From: Octopus sinensis
Lineage: Eukaryota
Direction of reading: 5' to 3'
DNA length: 64,000 bases
Assembly (NCBI RefSeq): GCF_006345805.1
Contig: NC_043007.1
Location: 50,344,001 to 50,408,000, forward strand
This document shows, piece after piece, positions 53,203-64,000 of this stretch. The notes under the pieces are model-generated. The model had not been told where the DNA came from, ran no database searches, and saw nothing but the letters and a program-made list of their open reading frames with translations. The position numbers were made by a program, and so were the translations under genes. Each line of letters opens with the position of its first letter. The stretch's first letter is position 1.

Positions 53203-53207
<5 letters not shown>
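52436..53207 (-). mobile_element. Non-coding ~469-bp hammerhead-bearing unit, partial tandem plus inverted copy
   Basis: AAGG(G/A)TATCTAAAAGATACC at 52452 and 52921 (offset 469); 52960-53207 is an inverted copy of 52436-52602 joined to 52825-52910; TG/TA flanks. Confidence 0.8.
52583..52642 (-). ncRNA. Minimal hammerhead ribozyme
   Basis: ATCCCA-CTGATGA-GGC...GCC-A-GAA-ATCCGGAT-C-TGGGAT. Confidence 0.75.
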
Positions 53208-53224
<17 letters not shown>

Positions 53225-53240
<16 letters not shown>

Positions 53241-54197
53241 ACACAGAAATGACTCCACGTGTATCTAACACAAACCACACTCCCCCAAATAACTAACAAA
53301 CAACTATCAATAATTCAATTCACAGTAGGAAATCTAGACATAATCCTCAAGGTATCCTACATACAAATCAAAGATTCTATCGAAACCTCCAGACTAACCT
53401 AAATTTTTGGGAACCGATTCCTACCAGGAAGAACTTACCTCCGAGACTTTACCCCAACATGGCTACCTCAACCAGTCAACTAGACAAAACCTGACTAGGC
53501 AACATAACCTCTCCATCCACCCATATTACAATATTAAAAATCAATTAAACCCAAACCACATCAGCCATAGACGATATAACAACCCTTGGTACAACCATAA
53601 TCCAGTACACTACACAGCCACTCCACCACAAACATACTACCATAGACACACTTTACACGCGTTTTTTCATCAGCAAACCAAACAAAATACAGACATTCTA
53701 CATCAATCCACCTACTACAACCATTTTTTAGACGTAAACCAGAGAAACAGAGATGTGAAATGGAACTAAATAAACAAGAGCAACCGAAAATAATCAACCT
53801 GTCAAAGAAAATCCTGAGTTTTACACAGACCAAAATCCTAGCAAGAGGTTTAAAATTTACCCCCCCTCCGCAGATCGAACCCAAATGAAATTAAGGACAA
53901 TACTATGGATTTCTGCAGAAAATTACACCTCACAGAAGCACTTCACAACTACACCAGCGAAGATGACTCAATAGAGAAAAGCAAAAGTGAATACCGGCCT
54001 ACAAGAGGCAAAAATAAAGCACTTGATGTTTTTTGTGAACACATAACCTGTTTTCCTTACAATACCCTACAAAAACAACAAATTAAATCCAACCTTAATT
54101 TAAATGAATAGAAAGACCTTGTCGGCTTAAAAAATGACATAAACCTCACCATTAAAGAAGCCGACAAAGGAAGTCCGGTAGTAGTGATGGATACAGA
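53225..54197 (+). pseudogene. Second, diverged Neptune-type PLE fragment (ORF1 end + RT N-terminus)
   Basis: N/H/Y/Q-rich ORF ending HFL..., then in the -1 frame PKIINLS...ILARGLKFTP...DFCRKLHL...[14 protein letters not shown]. Confidence 0.85.
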
Positions 54198-54254
54198 GAG
54201 AAAGAAAGGGAGAGACACAGAGGAAGATAATGTAGTGAAAGAATGTCCAGTTAA

Positions 54255-54386
<132 letters not shown>

Positions 54387-54405
54387 ATATATATATATAT
54401 GTATA

Positions 54406-54449
<44 letters not shown>

Positions 54450-54459
54450 ACGTTATATA

Positions 54460-54915
54460 ATTAGGGTTCAGTAAAATAATTTACTTCACCACACACCGAA
54501 CTTTTAGAAATAGCAGCCAAAAAGTCTTAGCTATTTCCTCTACTATAAGAAAAGTCTCCCAGACAATGTATACTCAAAAATAATTCACGCAGGCATAGAG
54601 GGAGAAATAACGAAAGATCACAAGTACATCGATTACTTGAGAACGCCGTTTCTGGATTAGTTGGATATAGAGATCAACATTTCCGTCATCAGCCCCAGAT
54701 TTCTTTAGGTTTGGATTTGAGAGCACTAAAAATCGAACATACACGTCTGATAGGAGTAATCCCAGACAAACCATCTTCGACCGCTAGTACTAACGAATTC
54801 AAAAAGTACAAATGAGGCTTTGCATTCTTCCCCTTCCACCCACGTGAGTTATAGAGCAACAAATTCCTACAGAGAAAACTGTAGTTTAATATCAGGGAGA
54901 GAGAATTATATTGTC
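54460..54915 (-). mobile_element. Single ~450-bp hammerhead-bearing unit between (TA)n runs
   Basis: Contains an HHR-like motif and the shared TTGGCTGCTATTTCTA...CCCTAATT 3' signature. Confidence 0.6.
54636..54698 (-). ncRNA. Probable minimal hammerhead ribozyme (imperfect)
   Basis: CTGGGG-CTGATGA-C-GGA...TCC-A-GAA-ACGGCGT-T-CTCAAG. Confidence 0.55.
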
Positions 54916-55097
54916 AATAATATATATATATATATATATATATACCAATTAAGGACTGAACACGAAAAGTGGACAGTCAACATGCTAGATATAGACGTCA
55001 AATCGCCATTCACCACAAAAGATTATGTTCTCAGATCAAACTCAACACAAAACCATAGCAATAAACAAGTGAAAAATATACGAAATAAAATAATTAC

Positions 55098-55162
55098 CCA
55101 TGTACTAAATTAGTTTCAGCTGTTATTTTCCGCAAGGAAAACTGCAGCCATCATCAGCATGG
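55098..55162 (-). ncRNA. Minimal hammerhead ribozyme
   Basis: Reverse complement of 55693-55757. Confidence 0.8.
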
Positions 55163-55692
55163 TCCGTTATAAATGTAATTTGCTGGACTAGATGCAAACA
55201 CGATACCGAAATATCGCGTGCATGGAGTTCAGCCTATTACATTTGAATATATCTTTCAAATGCCTTTACTTTGGCGCGTTGGAGCCCGAGAAAACTAGCC
55301 TGCAGCTAATAATTAGCAGCAGTTAATTTATCGGTTAGAGAACATATTTATTTATATAAAATTAATTAAGGGTAGAAATTTATATTTATCAATTAAGACC
55401 AGTGGTCTAGCATATTAAAAAAAGAATCCGAAGATTAAAATATTTATATATACCAATTAAGGACTGAACACGAAAAGTGGACAGTCAACATGCTAGATAT
55501 AGACGTCAAATCGCCATTCACCACAAAAGATTATGTTCTCAGATCAAACTCAACACAAAACCATAGCAATAAACAACGCGCCAAAGTAAAGGCATTTGAA
55601 AGATATATTCAAATGTAATAGGCTGAACTCCATGCACGCGATATTTCGGTATCGTGTTTGCATCTAGTCCAGCAAATTACATTTATAACGGA

Positions 55693-55757
55693 CCATGCTG
55701 ATGATGGCTGCAGTTTTCCTTGCGGAAAATAACAGCTGAAACTAATTTAGTACATGG
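55693..55757 (+). ncRNA. Minimal hammerhead ribozyme
   Basis: CCATG-CTGATGA-T-GGCTG...(TTTTCC/GGAAAA hairpin)...CAGCT-GAA-ACTAATTTAGT-A-CATGG; GUA site after 55752. Confidence 0.8.
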
Positions 55758-56011
55758 GTAATTATTTTATTTCGTATATTTTTCACTTGTTTATTGCTAT
55801 GGTTTTGTGTTGAGTTTGATCTGAGAACATAATCTTTTGTGGTGAATGGCGATTTGACGTCTATATCTAGCATGTTGACTGTCCACTTTTCGTGTTCAGT
55901 CCTTAATTGGTATATATAAATATTTTAATCTTCGGATTCTTTTTTTAATATGCTAGACCACTGGTCTTAATTGATAAATATCAATTTCTACCCTTAATTA
56001 ATTTTATATAT

Positions 56012-56074
<63 letters not shown>

Positions 56075-56255
56075 TGCATATATATATATATACATATATA
56101 TATATGTATGTATGTATGCATATATATATATACATATGGCAAGAAGAAAATGGAGGGAATCCAGAGGTAGTATTTATTAGCTGTTAGACATTATATTATC
56201 TTTATTTATAGATAGATACTATCCATTAATTGGTTGGATTCACAACCTCTCTCTG

Positions 56256-56294
<39 letters not shown>

Positions 56295-56297
<3 letters not shown>

Positions 56298-57523
56298 TTA
56301 AGTAGACAAATGAATTATCTTATTACGGATAATTTGAAAGATAACCGATACCTGGGTAGCAAACTCACAACAGAAAAAGTACGGTTGAAGTTACGACCAT
56401 AGGGCATAAAATCCGTGCCTTAGTGCGGAAATTTGAAGTTTAATTTAATATATTAAGTATAGGAAAGAATGGAGCTGAACGAAGATTTAACAAAGTTCCT
56501 TTATTTTATCTTCGACATATGTTTCGAAGTCTGATAAATCCCCAATTCCGGATGAATAAGGAGTCCATTATGCAGCTTTCTCTTCAGGAAAAACCAGGAA
56601 CTAAATTCTTCAACAAAATGCACAACAAGTTTTTCGATGACTGCTCATTAGGAGCCCATAGAGATAATGATAGACAGTGTATATTTATAGGGGGTGACGC
56701 CAGATTGGTTGAAAGTAGGGGAAAATGTCAGTTAAAATAGTTCGAGGGTTCAATAAAGGTTGGTGAAGGAAGGTAAAGGAAAACTAAAGTGGGGGAATGT
56801 ATTCTGTATGACTGGTGTTTATATTTGATTTATTTTATGAATGAGTGCTCGTATGTATGAGTGTGTAAATTTGCCTTAATGCGTGTGTGTGTCTGTGACT
56901 GAGTGAATGTGTGTGTAGAAGGCAGAGAAAAAGAATTAACGGTCAAGAGGTGAAAAGACTGTCTGTGTGTTCGAATGTGTCAACTTAAGAGGGAGAGGGT
57001 AGAAAGAGCCACAATAGTAATGACAAGAGAGCAGGTTACTGCTGGAATTGGTAGTAGTTCTTAGCAATTATGAGGAAGTCTTTTAAACTAAAGGGGTGAG
57101 ATGTCACAAATTAATTTAATAGGAAGTCCAGGGGTTATCTATATTAGACTTCATTGGTATGAGTGAAAGGTATGCTTTTTCCAGTGAAGGCATCTGAAAG
57201 ATCGTTCGACAATCGAGTTTATTACTTGGCCTCGGGCAAACAGAATATGAAAGAGTTCGGAATTACAGAGGGCACAGATTTTTCTGCCCTTATCAAACGG
57301 TAAGGACACCGATAATATTGACCATTCCAACTTAAAAGTTGAATTTGCGTTCTTCAAACGCCAGACTAATTTGCTTAGCCCCGTGGCGTGCTGTTTACTA
57401 TTATCACGAAACGTGGAAAAATGATTTGATATCCTTGTGGTTAATTTAGAGTAATTTGGATCCGATGTCTACCTCTATATAGGCGCAACCTCCTCTAAAT
57501 TAGCCACAAGGATATCAAATCAT
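56295..57523 (-). mobile_element. 3' end of a Penelope-like element (same family as 14072-15115) with a short 5' inversion
   Basis: RISNHFSTF...TGLSKLVWRLK...WSIL...CALCNSELFHILFARG...FRCLHW; 3' UTR homologous to 14800-15100. Confidence 0.85.
56511..56590 (-). ncRNA. Minimal type I hammerhead ribozyme
   Basis: TTC-CTGAAGA-GAAAG...CTTC-GAA-ACATATGT-C-GAA; GUC site. Confidence 0.8.
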
Positions 57524-57617
57524 CGGCGGAATTTGAACCCAGAACACTTAACGGCAGACGAAATACGGCTACGCATTTCGCCCGACGTGCTAACGTTTCT
57601 GCCAGATCGCCGCCTTG
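57524..57617 (-). mobile_element. SINE family B, 5' tRNA-like head
   Basis: AAGGCGGCGATCTGGCAGAAACGTTAGC...GGGTTCAAATTCCGCC. Confidence 0.8.
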
Positions 57618-58879
57618 AAAATAGATATAAGATATGTATGGGTATTGAAGTTGTAAATCCGTTTTATAGGCATAATGGTTTATATGCAATATTCCAATAT
57701 CCTTTGAGTAAAATCCACAAATCCAACAGAGTTTAATATGAGTCCTTCCAAATATAGTGTTTACAAGCAATGTAAGATTCCCTTATGAGTGAGATCCAGC
57801 AGATTTTTAAACTTGGTCATTCCCGGTAGGAAATTTATATACAGTGTTCCAGAGTCAAAGGTTTGTATTTAAAATGACCTAGAAATAGGGAGTGTATTAG
57901 TATGGTTAAATTGAAAACTGGAATGAAATAAAGTGAAAGAAAAAAAAGGAAGAGAAAAAAGAGGATAGAAAGAAAGAATGAAAGAGAAAGGAGAGAGAAG
58001 ATTAGTAAAAATAACAAAAGACCAAAAAATAACAAATAAAAAAATAAAGAATAAAAACCCTGATGATAGGAATAAAGAATAAAGAAAAAAGAAAAATTAA
58101 GATATAGATCAGTCAGTGGTCAGTGGAGATAATTTGAAAGTAGGAGTGGGGATAGAGAGAGAAAGGTATTATAGTGTAAACGATAGAGGAACGGGGGTAG
58201 TTAAGAGGTAAAGGAAAGACCAATGTGTAGTAGTAGAATCTAATTGTGGGGAAAAGATATGAAGAATTAAGGAAATAGCAGTTCAGTGCTTAGTAATCTG
58301 AGAAAATATATATGTGAAGATGTATATACATGTATATATCAAATAAATTACATATACAATCCTTATTCGCATGCGTATGCCCTCATACACGCTCACTTAT
58401 ACGCTCATCTGCGTGTATCATCGCCCATGCATATGCAGGTATATTATACCTTGCATGTATACATACGTTTACATATACCCACATGCATGCATATACGCAT
58501 ACCCTCACTCGTATATATATACGCGCGCATGGGTATTTGCACATACATACGAATATAATCAGATGGTTGTATATGTGAGAAACTAGATAGGGGTTATGAG
58601 CTACAGTGTAAATTTATAGGTTAAAGGGATTGCCTATGGAGTATTGCGGAAATGTACTGTATGGTCATTCTGGCATTTGGATGTGTGGTAGAATTTAAAT
58701 GTGTGATAAAAGCGGTGGTTGCATGTGCTTATTGCCTCGTTATGTTTATTAAGTATATTAAGTAGGTGTTGGCGAGTTGTGCTTTAATATTTGGAGTGCC
58801 TCCTTCAGGAAAAGCTTGCAGATTGAGCGGTGACCTCAGTAGGGAAGTCCAGCATATATATATATATATATATATATAT

Positions 58880-59228
58880 GCAGTAAGAGGCTTGCTTCCC
58901 AAGCAGTCCCACTGTGTGGCACCTCGTGCATGCATCTTCTACTTTAGCCTCGGGCCGACCAAAGCCTTCTGAGCGGATTTGGTAGACGGAACTGAAAGAA
59001 GCCTGTGGTATATATTTGTGTATGTGTCTGTGTTTGTCCTCAACCAACGCTTGAAAACCGATGTTGGTGTGTTTATGTCCCCGTAATTTAAAGGTTCGGC
59101 AAAAGATATCGATAGAATAAGTACTAAGGTTACAAAGAATAAGTCCTGGGGTCTATTTGTTCGACTAAAGGCGGTGTTCCAGCATGGCCGCAGTCAAATG
59201 ATTGAAGCAACTATGAGATTAAAAAATA
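58880..59228 (+). mobile_element. SINE family A with damaged head
   Basis: AGCCTCGGGCCGACCAAAGCC...CAGCATGGCCGCAGTCAAATG. Confidence 0.85.
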
Positions 59229-61685
59229 ACAATTTTATGTATATATATATATATATATATATACATATGTGCGTGTGTGTAGGTTGTGTTGAAGGTGGGT
59301 GTCTTTGTGTCCGCTTGACAACCGGTATTAGTGTGTTTACTTCCCCGTACCTTAGTGGTTTGACAAAAGAGACCAATAGAATAAGTACCTGGCTCAAAAT
59401 GAAAAAGTATTGGGGCCGATTCATTAGACTAATATTCTTGAGGCTGATGCCCCAAAGACTGAAACAAGTTAAATGTATATATATATATATATTTCAAAAC
59501 AAAAAAAAAACACAACAGTTCCTTCGCCACATTCGACATATGTTAATGATATCATTAAATACTTTATTAAATCACGTGATAAATGTTTCCAACTACTTCC
59601 CAGTGAGTCTAATAAAATATGTGATGCAGATGTAAATTAGGAGACTCGTGTCAAATTCACCATCATATATTAGAAAAAAGAACATAAGTGATATTAAATA
59701 CCACAGAAATCAAGTTTCCAAAGTGTTTAAGTGGTGTTTAGGCTTAGATACGAATACTTGAAAGAATTTAATAATAAACTTCAAGTGTGCCATCACTCTA
59801 CTAATATTAATTTTCTAGCCCTTATGTTCGTTACTTAAAGAAAACCGATATTTATATGAGAAGGATATTTGTATGCGCTTGTTTTGTTTTACATTTCATT
59901 CTTATAACATTACGTATTGCGTTTGTGATGTGTTGCATTTGATTAACTTTGGCCTTATTTTCATGTACCCACTTGAAGTTATAAATCATAAGCTATCAAG
60001 AATCCAGACAAGATAATTCTAGAGTTAATAAAAGCTGCGGTATTATTATCACAGATATAGGCAAACTTCTGCAATTTCAACTGTTTATAAATTATCTTTT
60101 ATTTTTAAACATAAATTACTATATCTTCATATTATTTCATTATGTTAAAAACAAGATAATGAGGAAAGACATCTGGGTCTATTGGAAAGTTGGTATATAT
60201 GATGATGGATAGAATTCATATACAGAGATATTAGTTCGGTTTATGAAAAAGAAACTTTTACTTTTTGCCTATAAAAACACTTCTAAGATTTTTGCCCTCT
60301 TATATTAATACATACCATGACAAGCTTAAGTGTCTCCATCGTTAATTTTGTTCTTCAAGCACAATTGATATAAAGTACTAAGGTATATTGGAAGTCCAAC
60401 ATATTAGTGTAAGGACTAAGGTGAACTGCGGTCAAATTTATAAACAGGTACAAACAGAATATGTTACGGGGCATCGTCGAAAAAGGCTAAGAGATACCAA
60501 TCACTGAATCCCTATTCTTAGAAATGGAAAAGAGTTGAGTAAGGAGCAGCAACCTACCCTCTCAAAATAAAAAACTGTCCAAATATTTGAAGTGAAGTAC
60601 AGTATGGACATACAAAACAGAAATCGAGAGTACGTTTTGTAATTTTGCAAAAATACTAAATAATAATATTTCACATAATACTTTCACTATTATATATTAA
60701 TTTAGTTAATATTCATATATATTATATACGAAACGCTGTTTTAACATGCGATAATTTATTCTCTAACCATATAAGCTTAAATTATATTCAGTCTCTTACT
60801 CCCTAACATTTTAATTAGCCATATTCATAACATAGATATATTTTTTTCCAACTTATAAAAGAACATGAAAGGCCCATCATTTATTTCAACTACATTTTCC
60901 AAGTAAAACAATTAAGTCACACACCTAACATAAATTTAAAACAAATAGACGCACATGTTTGTATGAGTGTGTGTGCATTTGTAAATGTGCATAAATGCGC
61001 GAGTGCGAATATGTGTGTGTGATTGAGTAACGCATGAAAGTACTAGTTTATGGGAAAAACAGATTATTTGGAATTTCATTGAAATATACATACATATACA
61101 TATATATGTATACACACATATACAATGCATACTCACAGGGTGGGTGCCTAAGATATTCGAAGTCAGATTTATGTTTATAAAAAAACATATATAATAACAG
61201 ATAACTTTATTTATCAAAAAATGCTATGATGATAAGAATGAATCGTCTTTTCTATAATGAAGCTTTAACAACTGCTTCTATATAAGATCTAAATCTAGAA
61301 GCAGAGATCTTTTGCAATTGACCTCGTGGATTTTGTGGAACTGTAATCAATGGTTTGTTCATCTTGCTGGATAAATTCAGATGTTCTGAATATTTCAGAG
61401 TGTTTAGAATGCTGTTTATGCTTTATTACCGGTGATACATTTTCATCTTCAGTCTCTAGTCCCCTACAAACATTGTAAACGAAAGACCTGGCAACTTTAA
61501 ACAGTGAGATATTTCTAAATCACTATTCTCAGCCTTTATAACCCTAATAACAGCATGCCTCTTCATTTCTTGAGTAATCTGAGGGTCTGCCATTATCATT
61601 TTCTGAAACAAAGATTATACAAAGTGAAAAAAAAAATGAAGCAATGACCCCAAAAATGTATGTCCTCAAATACCTTATATACCCC

Positions 61686-61760
<75 letters not shown>

Positions 61761-62369
61761 CGTGCGTGCGGGTGTGTGTATGTATGTGTGTATGTGTGTG
61801 TATGTATGTATGTATGTATGTATGTATGAATGTATGTATGTATGTATGTATGTGTAATTCCAATACGGAGTAAATAATTCACGGAAAAATAATTTGCGAA
61901 GATATCATTGACTTTATTATCATCTAGTGTAATAATTTAAATATAATAGAATCAATTTTGACTGTTATTTACAGCAAGTAAACATACTTAGTATGTCCTT
62001 TGAGTAATTATATATATATATATATATATATAACTTAATCTCATTCGTCTATTTATATATGTATATAAATTCTTGATATATTTATGTATTTATAGACCTT
62101 TAATATGTTTTAATATTTTAATGTTTGATATACTTGTATATTTAAAAACTGATATACATCGATCCAAGGTGCAATATATGATTATATAAATTGTTGAGTC
62201 TATTTGAACTCTCCTTAAGATTTTTTATATCTTGCGTCTCCAGGTTTTATCTGAGCACTTCAAAGTACTGCCCATACAATACAGAAAGAAATTTTACTAT
62301 ATACATATACATGCGCGCGCGTAGTGTGTGTGCGTGTGTGTGTGTGCGTGGGTGTGTGTGCATGTGTGC

Positions 62370-62403
<34 letters not shown>

Positions 62404-63059
62404 TTGTATATATATATATATATATACCTATTCATGTATGTGTGTATATATATACACATGTATGTATATGTAAATACTTATATTTCTGTGTGCGTATATA
62501 TACACAAGCGTGCATGCATGTACAAACACGCACACACACGCCTGTACAACACCCACCCACCCACATACACACATATATATATGAACAAGTATACACAGAA
62601 ACATTCATATACCTTTGACGTGACTAACGGAATAAATAAGAAAATGAAGTCAAGCAAAACGCACACACACATAAACAACACTAGTGTTCCATTAATGGAA
62701 TCCACTAGCGGTTTCTGTTGTTCATTATTGCCTTTTCTTTTGTACATCTTTGAACACAAACAAGCAATTAGGAGTCGAAATGTGTTTTGCATGTGGGTAT
62801 TCTCTTAACAGTCTAGTATTTGTGTGTAATGAGGGCGTAGTTGAACAATAATAGCCAGGTACGTAACAGTTCATACACAACGATTTCTATAGAAACAATT
62901 ACAAACATACTTTTACTAAGCAAGGAGAATCTATTCAATATGCACATTTGTGTATATTTATATTTCTGTATATCTATGCATCTGAATCTTTCACCTTATT
63001 AGTTTGGGAGGCTACAAAGACGAAACATGAGTGAGTAATCAAAATATTCACACACACAT

Positions 63060-63148
<89 letters not shown>

Positions 63149-63427
63149 TGTGTGTTGTGTGTGTGTGTGTGTGTATAAGACAGTCAGTCGCCCGCTGACA
63201 CTCGTTGATGCTACATTGAAGAGGCCAGGGAACAGAAGAAAGAAGACATGCACCCAACACCAGAGCTGAAGACACCTCCGAAAGTAGGGTGCCCCGCCAA
63301 GTCAAAACGGTAGAGGAGTAGGAGCCGAAACCGGGCGTGGTTCCTCCTGTTGATGTCTTGAGCTAACTGGATTCTATAAAAGAGCTGTTGTGGTAGCAGA
63401 CCATGAAACACGGTTGAAATTCCTCAT

Positions 63428-64000
63428 ACATAGGTAAATTGTCACCATTTTATATTTCTAATTTCGCGTATGCGCATTATTTAGTTCTGATTTTGTCGAC
63501 TACATATTATAGGAGGGTCCGCTGGAGACCGTCTGTGAGAAAAACAGCACAATGTTGCAATTCACTCTGCCAGAAATTTGGAAACGACACGCTGTACTAC
63601 TTTGCATTCGCACCGGAAGCTCCGATGTGAATATTTCAGAATGTTGGTGTCAGTCTGAGGAAAGTGCAGTCTGAGGACATGTACCAAAAGTAATAAAAAT
63701 CAACCACCCAGCCAACGTCATGGTGTTTGTAGTGATCACCAGTGACAGCGACATTATACCTTCATTCATCTCCCAAACATTCAACACGGAAGCCTACATC
63801 AAGTACCTGGAGAAAATAGGACTACCTTAGGTCAAGACAGTGGCTGCTGGAAGGCCCTATGTTTGGCAACAAGACTCTGCACAATACCACACAAGCAGGA
63901 GAACCAACAAAACTCCTTGTAACAAGAAAGATGAACTTAAGGCAAGGATTATGCCCGCATTCACCAACTTAAACAAAGTGACCGTCCAGAAGAGTTGCAG
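63428..64000 (+). mobile_element. Second internally deleted maT (DD37D) copy, runs off the window end
   Basis: Colinear with 10604-11502; YVWQQDSA motif. Confidence 0.85.

Larger units (their letters stand above)
54941..56010 (-). mobile_element. Very young non-coding 508-bp hammerhead-bearing unit: 1.25 tandem copies plus inverted copy, in (TA)n
   Basis: 54945-55068 = 55453-55576 (offset 508); 55574-56010 is the reverse complement of the permuted unit with about one mismatch; CAA microhomology at the inversion junction. Confidence 0.9.

Noticed and set aside
57620-58840. Further degenerate PLE-like sequence on the minus strand (PNIKAQLA)
   Set aside because: Too fragmented to assign boundaries or family from sequence alone
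63190-63420. GC-richer segment with CTGAAGA and CCGAAAC as an exon or hammerhead
   Set aside because: Stops in all plus frames, and the stems do not close an HHR core; possibly a LINE ORF1 scrap but unsupported

Overview
AT-rich, microsatellite-saturated animal genomic DNA. The SINE repertoire looks like that of Octopus (recognition from memory, not a database search). It is essentially intergenic or intronic and made of transposable elements. I find no confidently supported host gene, rRNA, true tRNA or CRISPR, and most ORFs in the six-frame track are microsatellite artefacts. Contents: two abundant tRNA-derived SINE families (called A and B here); several R4/Dong-like restriction-endonuclease LINE fragments in (AAT)n; L1/Tx1 and RTE fragments; mariner, Tc1, maT/DD37D, Chapaev3-like and Helitron-like relics; and, most notably, a dense population of Penelope-like elements (PLEs). 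Highlights: (1) A young, nearly intact Neptune-type PLE (15133-19873) has a coiled-coil ORF1 and an RT/GIY-YIG ORF2 that meet at CAT-TTT-TTA-G with ORF2 in the -1 frame. The same junction, in the same phase, occurs in a diverged second copy (53722-53731), suggesting programmed -1 frameshifting or a conserved splice acceptor. (2) There are seven distinct minimal hammerhead ribozyme (HHR) sequences at nine loci, each with a different but palindromic or near-palindromic stem III. (3) A family of non-coding ~450-540 nt HHR-bearing units, inserted in (TA)n, copies the tandem-plus-inverted architecture of the autonomous PLE and shares a 3' motif. Together these look like a PLE-helper / retrozyme-like system.
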